From a virus, in IMG/VR virus record IMGVR_UViG_2912521645_000003, positions 1-15,641 of that record: a stretch of DNA of 15,641 nucleotides; one strand, given 5' to 3'. The notes under the pieces were generated by a model. The model did not search any database. It was not told the DNA's origin and saw only the letters and a program-made list of their open reading frames with translations. The first letter of the stretch is position 1, and the number at the start of each line of letters is the position of its first letter. Of this stretch, positions 7,072 through 13,721 are shown in pieces. Both the position numbers and the translations under genes were made by a program.

Positions 7072-7076
7072 GGGTG
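7072..7076. repeat. Target-site duplication (right copy) GGGTG
   Basis: Identical to 5730-5734, immediately outside the IS right terminus. Confidence 0.85.
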
Positions 7077-7109
7077 CAATATTCGACACCCTCCAAATCT
7101 CACCCCTCT

Positions 7110-7141
7110 CCCCCGGTAAGGCTCACTTATCCCCCCGGTAA
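7110..7141 (+). repeat. Direct repeat CCCCCGGTAA x2 (22-bp period)
   Basis: Copies at 7110-7119 and 7132-7141, in the right half of the split intergenic region upstream of the candidate packaging-operon promoter. Confidence 0.4.
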
Positions 7142-7201
7142 ATGCCGCCACGCGTCGCTGAAACGTTACGGTAACGATCCCCCTCCTCTCCGCCTCGCCT
7201 G

Positions 7202-7230
7202 TTGTAAACGTCCGCGATGTGGCAGATAAT
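7202..7230 (+). promoter_or_regulatory. Candidate sigma70 promoter TTGTAA-17-GATAAT for the packaging/head operon
   Basis: TTGTAA at 7202-7207 and GATAAT at 7225-7230, in a locally AT-rich patch (7225-7262) just upstream of the first ORF of the HNH-terS-terL cluster. Confidence 0.35.
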
Positions 7231-7259
7231 TGCCTGAAATCCATAATTCGAGCAATTAA

Positions 7260-7466
7260 ATGCAACCCAGAGACATGCCTCTGGCTGCTACTGCGCCTAA
7301 GTCCGAGCACTGCGCCATCGAGCAAATTGATGCGACTGTTGCGCACGCGCTGGCCGCGCGCGGCGAGTTGGAGCGAATCCTGTACCGCTGGGTCGGTGCG
7401 GGCACGATGCGCACACAACCGTCACGACGATTCCTGCCGCTGCCTCCGCCGAGGTCGATGCGATGA
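7260..7466 (+). CDS. Hypothetical small protein (68 aa; alternative start 7275)
   Basis: The ORF ends in an ATGA overlap with the HNH start, which suggests coupling. No convincing SD at either start. Confidence 0.35.
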   Translation: MQPRDMPLAATAPKSEHCAIEQIDATVAHALAARGELERILYRWVGAGTMRTQPSRRFLPLPPPRSMR

Positions 7467-7756
7467 GCGCACGTGTCCAACCGCGCACGCGCGGCAGCAA
7501 GTGGATGAAGGTCCGCGCCCGCATCCTTCGACGCGATCCGATCTGCGTGTTGTGTGCTGATCAGGACGTTGTGCGCGAGTCGGTTGTCGTGGACCACATC
7601 AAGCCGCTCGAGCATGGCGGCACCGACGCCGACGACAACCTCCGCGGGCTGTGTGCCGATCATCACGACCAGGTGACGCGACAGCAGTTCGGCCATCGGG
7701 AGCGGCGCAAGGCATTCGGGCCTGACGGCCTGCCGCTCGATGGCAGTTGGTCGTGA
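7463..7756 (+). CDS. HNH endonuclease (phage packaging-associated type)
   Basis: 97 aa. CVLC...VDHIKPLEHGGTDADDNLRGLCADHH is the HNH motif. It sits immediately upstream of terS/terL, as in HK97-like cos phages. Confidence 0.9.
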   Translation: MSARVQPRTRGSKWMKVRARILRRDPICVLCADQDVVRESVVVDHIKPLEHGGTDADDNLRGLCADHHDQVTRQQFGHRERRKAFGPDGLPLDGSWS

Positions 7757-7765
7757 CTTGCGACA

Positions 7766-7818
7766 GCAGCCGGGGGGCGGTCGATTTTCTGCGCTTCAAA
7801 AACCCGGAAACCGGCTGC
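7766..7818. promoter_or_regulatory. Inverted repeat in the HNH-terS spacer (candidate cos/terminase recognition region)
   Basis: GCAGCCGG (7766-7773, followed by GGGG) and CCGGCTGC (7811-7818, followed by CCCC) are perfect reverse complements. The small palindrome CCGGAAACCGG lies at 7804-7814. Confidence 0.25.
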
Positions 7819-7857
7819 CCCCTTCGCTTTCATAAACGTGGACAAAAAAGGTAAAAC

Positions 7858-8298
7858 ATGTCTCAACGCGGGCGGAAATCCGCCGCATCGATCGTAACGG
7901 CGCCAGCCGCGCCGATCGCGGCCGAACAGCGCCTTGCGCCGCCACTCCACCTGAGTGACGGCGAGCGCACGGTCTGGATGGAGGTCGTCAACGATCAACC
8001 GGCGAGCGCGTTCACGGCGACCCATGCGCCGCTGCTCGAAATGTACTGTCGTCACATCACGAACGCTCGCGTACTGGCCGAAGAGGTTTTGAATTTCGAA
8101 CGCGCATGGCTCGCAGACGACGATGGCCTGAAACGCTACGACCGGCTGCTCGCCATGTCTGAGCGCGAGAGTCGCGCGGCCTCGTCGCTCGCTACGCGAC
8201 TGCGCATCACGCGGCAGGCCGTCGAGCATCCGACGACGGTAGGCCGTTCGCTGTCGAATCAGAAAAAGGCAAGGAAGCCATGGGAACTCCCCGCGTAA
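7858..8298 (+). CDS. terS: Terminase small subunit, P27 family
   Basis: 146 aa. N-terminal GRKSAAS...AP..L, W..V and LLE.YC....ARVLAEEV... followed by a C-terminal basic tail, typical of P27-family (Terminase_4) TerS. Position between HNH and TerL. Confidence 0.85.
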   Translation: MSQRGRKSAASIVTAPAAPIAAEQRLAPPLHLSDGERTVWMEVVNDQPASAFTATHAPLLEMYCRHITNARVLAEEVLNFERAWLADDDGLKRYDRLLAMSERESRAASSLATRLRITRQAVEHPTTVGRSLSNQKKARKPWELPA

Positions 8299-9800
8299 AG
8301 CGCGTCTCCCGCGGCGAGCGCAACATCCGATGGATCGAAGAACACTGCCGCATCCCTGAAGGCCGGCTCGTCGGGCAGCCCGTCAAGCTCACGAAAGAGC
8401 AACGCGGCTGGATCAAGCAGATTTACGACACGCCGACGCGCACGTTCATCCTCTCAATGGCGCGCAAGAACGCCAAAACGGCCCTCTCAGCGTTCCTCGT
8501 GTTGCTTCACCTCGTCGGCCCGGAGGCGCGGCCGAACAGCCAGCTATACAGCGCAGCGCAATCCCGCGACCAGGCGGCCGTGCTGTTCGAACTCGCGGCG
8601 AAGGTTGTCCGCATGTCCGAGGATCTGTCGCAGTACGTCACCATCCGCGACACGGCGAAGGAGCTGCTGTGTCACGACCTCGGCACGATCTACAAGGCGC
8701 TGTCGGCCGACGCAGCGACCAAATTCGGCCTGAGCCCCGCACTCACGATCCATGACGAGCTCGGCCAGGTCAAAGGCCCACGCTCCCAACTGTACGAAGC
8801 ACTGGAAACGGCGAGCGCAGCGCAGGAAAGCCCGCTATCGATCGTCATCAGCACGCAGGCCCCTACCGATGGTGACCTGCTCAGCTTGCTCATCGACGAC
8901 GCGCTCAGCGGTGCCGATCCGCGTCTGAAGGTGGCGCTCTATACCGCGCCGCTCGACATGGATCCATTCGGCGATGAGGCGATCCGGCTGGCGAACCCGC
9001 ATTTCGACGCGTTCATGAATCGCGAGGAAGTGCGCCGCATGGCGTCCGATGCGAAGCGCCTGCCGAGCCGCGAATCGGCCTATCGCAACTTGGTTTTGAA
9101 TCAGCGCGTCGAAGCTCGCAATCCGTTTGTCGCGCGCGCAATCTGGATGGAGAACGGCGGCGAACCTGCCGAGCTGGACGGCGAGGACGTTTATGGCGGC
9201 CTCGATTTATCGAGCGTGAGTGACTTGACGGCGCTCGTTCTGCTGTCGGAGGCCGGCGACGTTCATCCGACATTCTGGCTACCGGCGGACGGTCTGGAAG
9301 CGAAGGCGCGCGCCGATCGCGTGCCTTACGACGTGTGGGCGCGTGGTGGCCTGCTTCAGACGACGCCCGGCAGCGCCATCGAATACGAATTCGTCGCCGA
9401 ATACTTGCGCGGCGTGTTCGACCGCTGCAACGTGCGCGCGCTCGCGTTCGACCGGTACAACATGCGATTCCTGAAACCGTGGCTTGAGCGGGTCGGCTTC
9501 ACGGATGAAGAGTTGAGCCGGTTCGTCGAATTCGGCCAGGGCTTCGTTTCCATGTCGCCAGCTATCCGCGAGCTAGAAGCGCGGCTGCTCGCGCGCAAGC
9601 TCCGACACGGCGGGCACCCCGTCTTGCAAATGTGTGCCGTGAACACGGTCGCCGTTTCCGATCCGGCGGGCAACCGCAAATTCACGAAACAGAAGTCAAC
9701 GGGCCGCATCGACGGCATGGTGGCTTTGGCGATGGCGGTCGGCGCCACGCAACAAAATGCGACGGAATCCGAAATCGAACCTCAAATGTTCTTCATTTAG
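8280..9800 (+). CDS. terL: Terminase large subunit (Terminase_1 / HK97-like)
   Basis: 506 aa. N-terminal IRWIEEHCRIPEG...GQPVKLTKEQRGWIKQIYD. Walker A-like ARKNAKT. Walker B LTIHDELG. C-terminal nuclease region including GRIDGMVALAMAV. Confidence 0.92.
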   Translation: MGTPRVKRVSRGERNIRWIEEHCRIPEGRLVGQPVKLTKEQRGWIKQIYDTPTRTFILSMARKNAKTALSAFLVLLHLVGPEARPNSQLYSAAQSRDQAAVLFELAAKVVRMSEDLSQYVTIRDTAKELLCHDLGTIYKALSADAATKFGLSPALTIHDELGQVKGPRSQLYEALETASAAQESPLSIVISTQAPTDGDLLSLLIDDALSGADPRLKVALYTAPLDMDPFGDEAIRLANPHFDAFMNREEVRRMASDAKRLPSRESAYRNLVLNQRVEARNPFVARAIWMENGGEPAELDGEDVYGGLDLSSVSDLTALVLLSEAGDVHPTFWLPADGLEAKARADRVPYDVWARGGLLQTTPGSAIEYEFVAEYLRGVFDRCNVRALAFDRYNMRFLKPWLERVGFTDEELSRFVEFGQGFVSMSPAIRELEARLLARKLRHGGHPVLQMCAVNTVAVSDPAGNRKFTKQKSTGRIDGMVALAMAVGATQQNATESEIEPQMFFI

Positions 9801-9802
9801 CC

Positions 9803-9830
9803 TTGACATTGGCACTTTATGCGTGATAAT
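9803..9830 (+). promoter_or_regulatory. Near-consensus sigma70 promoter TTGACA-16-GATAAT between terL and the protease-capsid gene
   Basis: TTGACA at 9803-9808 and GATAAT at 9825-9830, inside a 56-bp AT-rich spacer. No SD is evident before ATG 9857. Confidence 0.4.
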
Positions 9831-9856
9831 GACGACACTCACGCAATAAAACGCCA

Positions 9857-11749
9857 ATGAATCGACAAATTTCGAAATTTATCACCAAGCAAACCGCGAA
9901 GGCTTCGAATAAAGCGTTCTCGCGGTTCGAGGTGAAGAACCTCGACGACGGTTCGCGGGTGCTCAAGGGCATCGCCTCGACGCCGACGCCAGATCGCGTA
10001 GGCGATACCGTCGTTCCCGAAGGCATCCAGTTCAAGACGCCTTTCCCGCTGCTGTGGCAGCACGACCCGAGCAAGCCCATCGGCACCGTCAACAAAATGA
10101 CGATCACGGCAGCCGGTGCAGAGATTGAAGCAACGATCGCCCCGCCAGGCACCGCTGCGTACATCGACGAGGCATACAACCTCATCAAGGCCGGCCTAGT
10201 ACCGGGCCTGTCCATCGGATTCCGCCCTCTTGACGCCGTGTACGACAAGGCGACGGGCGGCTTTCTCATCAAATCCTGTGAGCTGTTCGAACTCAGCGCC
10301 GTGACGATCCCGGCAAACGCTGATGCGGCAGTTCAATCGATCAAGGCGCATGACAAATCCCGTGCGGGAGCGCCCGTCGTGCGTTTGAGTGCTCCCACCA
10401 TCAAGGAATCTGACATGACCATTGCTGAACGACTCAAGGCTCTCGCGAAAAAGCGAGCGGAACACATCGCACGCAAAAAGGCGCTGATGGACGGCGCGGA
10501 CGCAGACGGCGGCCGCACGCTGAACGAAGCCGAGTCGACGGAATACGACCAGCTCGACGCCGAGCTGAAGTCGCTCGCCGCCCACGAAACGCGCCTCAAG
10601 GAACAGCAATCGATCGAAGCCAAGTCGGCTGTCCCGGTCGCTGGCGGCCCGGCGGCACACTCGCCGGTCATCGTGAAGCCGAACGTCACCAAGGGCACTG
10701 CGTTCACGCGCTACGCGATCGCACTCGCGCGCTCGAAGGGCAACCTCATGCAAGCGGCAGAGATTGCGAAGCAATGGAAGGATTCAACGCCCGAAGTCGA
10801 AATCGTGCTCAAGGCGGCGGTCGCAGCAGGCACCACGACTGATCCGGCGTGGGCCGGGCCGCTCGTCCAGTATCAGGACATGGCGGCCGAGTTCATCGAG
10901 CTGCTGCGCCCGGCTACGATCGTCGGTCGCATCGAAGGTCTTCGTCGTGTGCCGTTCAATGTCCGCATCCCTGGCCAGGCGACGGGTTCGTCGGTCGGTT
11001 GGGTTGGCGAAGGCAAGCCCGCGCCCGTGTCGGCACTGGCGTTCAATACGACGACGCTAGGCTTCTCGAAGGTGGCAGGCATCGTCGCGATCACGGAAGA
11101 GCTTGCGCGCTTCTCGACGCCGAGCGCCGAAGGGGTCATCCAACAGGATCTCATTTCGACAATCAGCCAATTCCTCGACGGGCAATTCATCGACCCGTCT
11201 GTTGAAGCCGGCGCGAATGGCCTGTCGCCCGCGTCGATCACGAACGGCGTCAAGGCGATTCCGGCATCCGGCAAGGATGCGGAAGCCGTGCGCGCTGACG
11301 TGAAGAAAGTCTTCCAGGCGTTCATCAAGGCCAATCTGTCGGTCGCCGGCGCGGTCTGGATCATGTCGGAAACGACGGCCCTCTCGCTCTCGCTGATGCT
11401 GAACGTCATGGGCCAGCCGGAATTCCCGGGCCTGACCATGGCCGGCGGCACGTTCTTCGGCCTGCCCGCGATCCTCTCGCAGACGGTCGGCGACAACATC
11501 GTGCTCGCGAAGGCAAGCGAAATCCTGGTCGCTGACGACGGCGGTGTGACGCTCGACGTTAGCCGCGAAGCATCGCTGCAGATGGACAGCGCGCCCGTCG
11601 CAGGTGCTACGGAGCTTGTGTCGCTGTGGCAAAGCGGCTTCATCGCCATGAAGGCCGAGCGCTTCATCAACTGGAAGCGTCGCCGCGTCGAAGGCGTCCA
11701 GTACATTTCCGGCGCGGCCTACGGCGACGCGGCGACCGACGGCGCGTAA
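9857..11749 (+). CDS. HK97-family prohead serine protease (S78) fused in frame to HK97-family major capsid protein
   Basis: 630 aa. The N-terminal ~170 aa hold protease motifs (LKGIASTPTPDRVGDTV, LLWQHD, GLSIGF, ELFELSAVTIPAN). A coiled-coil, delta-domain-like segment follows (ERLKALAKKRAEHIARKKAL...LKEQQ). The C-terminal ~300 aa form a Phage_capsid-type region. An internal in-frame ATG at 10415 has AAGGA at 10403-10407. Confidence 0.9.
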   Translation: MNRQISKFITKQTAKASNKAFSRFEVKNLDDGSRVLKGIASTPTPDRVGDTVVPEGIQFKTPFPLLWQHDPSKPIGTVNKMTITAAGAEIEATIAPPGTAAYIDEAYNLIKAGLVPGLSIGFRPLDAVYDKATGGFLIKSCELFELSAVTIPANADAAVQSIKAHDKSRAGAPVVRLSAPTIKESDMTIAERLKALAKKRAEHIARKKALMDGADADGGRTLNEAESTEYDQLDAELKSLAAHETRLKEQQSIEAKSAVPVAGGPAAHSPVIVKPNVTKGTAFTRYAIALARSKGNLMQAAEIAKQWKDSTPEVEIVLKAAVAAGTTTDPAWAGPLVQYQDMAAEFIELLRPATIVGRIEGLRRVPFNVRIPGQATGSSVGWVGEGKPAPVSALAFNTTTLGFSKVAGIVAITEELARFSTPSAEGVIQQDLISTISQFLDGQFIDPSVEAGANGLSPASITNGVKAIPASGKDAEAVRADVKKVFQAFIKANLSVAGAVWIMSETTALSLSLMLNVMGQPEFPGLTMAGGTFFGLPAILSQTVGDNIVLAKASEILVADDGGVTLDVSREASLQMDSAPVAGATELVSLWQSGFIAMKAERFINWKRRRVEGVQYISGAAYGDAATDGA

Positions 11750-11761
11750 GCGGAGAACGTC

Positions 11762-11941
11762 ATGCAAACCTATGAGGTAGCCGTGGCCTTCCCCTATGCG
11801 GGGCGCACGCGGCACGTCGGCGAGCGAATCGAGATCAGTGACCCGAATCATGTCCGACTGCTGATCCTCCTCCGGAAGATCCGCGAGCCCGCATCGAAGC
11901 GTTCCACGTACAAGCGCCGCGACATGCGGCCGGAGGGCTGA
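11762..11941 (+). CDS. Hypothetical small protein (59 aa), below the ORF-track size cutoff
   Basis: Hand translation gives MQTYEVAVAFPYAGRTRHVGERIEISDPNHVRLLILLRKIREPASKRSTYKRRDMRPEG. GGAG at 11753-11756. The stop overlaps the portal start (TGATG). Confidence 0.5.
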   Translation: MQTYEVAVAFPYAGRTRHVGERIEISDPNHVRLLILLRKIREPASKRSTYKRRDMRPEG

Positions 11942-13230
11942 TGCGGCTCTTCTCGTGGATGCGGAAAGCCGCCCCGCCACTTCCGGTTGGCGGTGGCAGC
12001 TCGATTGCCGGCGTCGTGCGCGAACCGTTCGCGGGCGCGTGGCAGGCCAGTATGGGCGTTGATGGCCGCCACGACCTGCTCGCGTTCTCGGCCGTGTACG
12101 CGTGCGTGGATCGCATCGCCTCGGACATTTCGAAACTCGGCATCCGGTACGTGAAGCAGATCGGCAATATCTGGCAGGACGCCAGTGCGCCTCGCTTCAC
12201 GGGGCCGCTGCGCCGGCCGAATCCGTACCAGAATCGAATTCAGTTCGTGAAGGCATGGCAGGTGTCGAAGCTGCTCGCCGGCAACACCTATGTCCTGCTT
12301 GTTCGCGACATGCTGCGCAATGTGGTCGCAATGTACGTGCTCGACCCGACACGCGTTGTTCCGCTCGTCGCGCCCAGCGGTGCGGTGTTCTATCAGGTGG
12401 CCGCCGACCCGCTGCGCGGCCTGCCAGAGAAAGTCACGATTCCGGCGTCCGAGATCGTCCACGATCGCGGTATCTGCCCGTGGCATCCGCTCATTGGTGT
12501 ATCGCCGATCGTTGCGGCAGCCGCGGCCGGCACGATGGGAAACCGTATCCAGCAGAACAGCCGGAAGTTCTTCGGGAATATGTCGCGGCCTGGCGGCATC
12601 CTGTCCGCGCCCGGCAAGATCAGCGACGAAACCGCGAACCGGCTGAAGACCCATTGGGAAACGAACTACGGCGGCGAAAACGCCGGCCGTTTGGCTGTGG
12701 TGGGTGACGGGTTGAAGTACGAAACCGTCATGATGACCGCGACGGATGCTCAGCTCGTTGAACAACTGCGTTGGGCCGTTGAGGACGTCGCACGCTGCTA
12801 TCACGTCCCGCTCTACAAGATCGGTGCCGACCCGACCGGCTCCAAGACGGCGGCCAACATCGGCGCGCTCGAACAGTCGTACTACACCGATTGCCTGCAA
12901 GCCCCAATCGAAGAGCTCGAGCTCTGTCTCGATGACGGTTTCGAAGTCCCGGACGGTCAGGGGTTTGACGTTGATGTGCGCGGGCTGTTGCGCATGGATC
13001 CGGCCGCACGATATGACGCGCACTCAAAAGCCGTAGGCGGTGGCTGGATGGCCCCGAACGAGGCGCGCGCTGCCGAGAACATGGCGCCGGTTCCGGGCGG
13101 CGATACGCCCTACCTCCAACAGCAGAATTACTCGCTGCGTGCGCTCGCCGAGCGCGACAAGAGTCCGGCGCCGAGCAGTCCCATGACGGCCAGCATGCCT
13201 GAATCAACGGAACCGACGCATGGCAATTAA
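11941..13230 (+). CDS. Phage portal protein, HK97 family
   Basis: 429 aa. AVYACVDRIASDISKL, NPYQNRIQF...LLAGNTYVL, SPI........G......N.RKFFGN..RPGGIL and YHVPLYKIG fit the HK97-type portal family. Confidence 0.92.
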   Translation: MRLFSWMRKAAPPLPVGGGSSIAGVVREPFAGAWQASMGVDGRHDLLAFSAVYACVDRIASDISKLGIRYVKQIGNIWQDASAPRFTGPLRRPNPYQNRIQFVKAWQVSKLLAGNTYVLLVRDMLRNVVAMYVLDPTRVVPLVAPSGAVFYQVAADPLRGLPEKVTIPASEIVHDRGICPWHPLIGVSPIVAAAAAGTMGNRIQQNSRKFFGNMSRPGGILSAPGKISDETANRLKTHWETNYGGENAGRLAVVGDGLKYETVMMTATDAQLVEQLRWAVEDVARCYHVPLYKIGADPTGSKTAANIGALEQSYYTDCLQAPIEELELCLDDGFEVPDGQGFDVDVRGLLRMDPAARYDAHSKAVGGGWMAPNEARAAENMAPVPGGDTPYLQQQNYSLRALAERDKSPAPSSPMTASMPESTEPTHGN

Positions 13231-13537
13231 ACAACTCGTCTCATTCAATCGCGCACTTTCGCATCTGCGCGTAGAGGCTGGCGACGATGACGACGCGATC
13301 AAGGATCTGATCGACGCGGCCAGCGACATCGTCGTGGACTACCTGAAACTCAAGGCAATCCCCGAGACTTGGGCGCTCGAAGACGGCGACACTGCAAGCA
13401 CAGTCCCCGGAGCAGTACGCTCGGCCGTCCTACTCGTGCTCGGCACCCTATACGATGACCGCGAAGGCACGACCGACCCGCTCACACCAGCGGTCGAATC
13501 GCTGCTCATGCGCTTGCGCGATCCGGCGGTGGCTTGA
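13220..13537 (+). CDS. Head-tail connector/adaptor, gp6-like (Phage_connect_1)
   Basis: 105 aa. LSHLRVEAGDDDDAIKDLIDAASDIVVDYL is the characteristic gp6-like N-terminal motif. The start overlaps the portal 3' end. Confidence 0.85.
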   Translation: MAIKQLVSFNRALSHLRVEAGDDDDAIKDLIDAASDIVVDYLKLKAIPETWALEDGDTASTVPGAVRSAVLLVLGTLYDDREGTTDPLTPAVESLLMRLRDPAVA

Positions 13538-13571
13538 GGCTCAATCACAGAATGATCTGCGCTGACGCGTT

Positions 13572-13600
13572 TTGACGCAGCGCCGAATTGCGATTACACT
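13572..13600 (+). promoter_or_regulatory. Candidate tRNA promoter TTGACG-17-TACACT with GC-rich discriminator
   Basis: TTGACG at 13572-13577 and TACACT at 13595-13600, followed by CCGCGC and then tRNA base 1 at 13607. Confidence 0.45.
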
Positions 13601-13606
13601 CCGCGC

Positions 13607-13683
13607 CGCGGGGTGGAGCAGTCTGGCAGCTCGTCGGGCTCATAACCCGAAGGTCATAGGTTCAAATCCTATCCCCGCAACCA
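13607..13683 (+). tRNA. Initiator tRNA-fMet (anticodon CAT)
   Basis: 77 nt, folded by hand into a cloverleaf. Acceptor CGCGGGG/CCCCGCA with a C1xA72 mismatch. D arm GAGC/GCTC. Anticodon stem TCGGG/CCCGA carries the three consecutive G:C pairs. Anticodon CAT at 13641-13643. T arm ATAGG-TTCAAAT-CCTAT. Encoded CCA. Near-identical to the E. coli initiator tRNA as I remember it. Confidence 0.93.
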
Positions 13684-13690
13684 ACATTGA

Positions 13691-13721
13691 AGCCCGCTCT
13701 GCGAAAGCAAGCGGGCTTTTT
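13691..13721 (+). terminator. Rho-independent terminator of the tRNA gene
   Basis: AGCCCGCT (13691-13698) and AGCGGGCT (13710-13717) are perfect reverse complements with an 11-nt loop. The stem is followed by TTTTT. Confidence 0.75.

Noticed and set aside
5047-7141. Possibility that the short direct repeats represent a CRISPR array
   Set aside because: The repeats are 8-20 bp, number only 2-5 copies, are heterogeneous and lack regular spacer lengths. No cas genes are present. Iterons and operators fit better.
7663-8229. 188-aa minus-strand ORF across the HNH-terS junction
   Set aside because: It is antisense to two recognisable phage genes, has no SD and translates to an R-rich product. It is a shadow ORF.
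10873-13023. Long minus-strand ORFs (10873..11706, 11057..11980, 11848..13023) antisense to the capsid and portal genes
   Set aside because: These are GC-rich shadow frames with Arg/Ala/Gly-rich, non-protein-like translations. The + strand products carry clear HK97 capsid and portal signatures.
13538-13571. Hairpin GCGCTG..CAGCGC after the adaptor gene as a rho-independent terminator
   Set aside because: The stem needs a 3-nt bulge and is not followed by a T-run. It also overlaps the -35 of the tRNA promoter candidate. I did not annotate it as a terminator.
13607-13683. tRNA-fMet as the integration site (attB) of the left-hand integrase-bearing element
   Set aside because: The orientation is wrong. 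tRNA-targeting P4-type islands lie downstream of the tRNA 3' end with int proximal. Here int is about 13.6 kb away, on the 5' side of the tRNA. No copy of the tRNA 3' end was seen elsewhere in the window.
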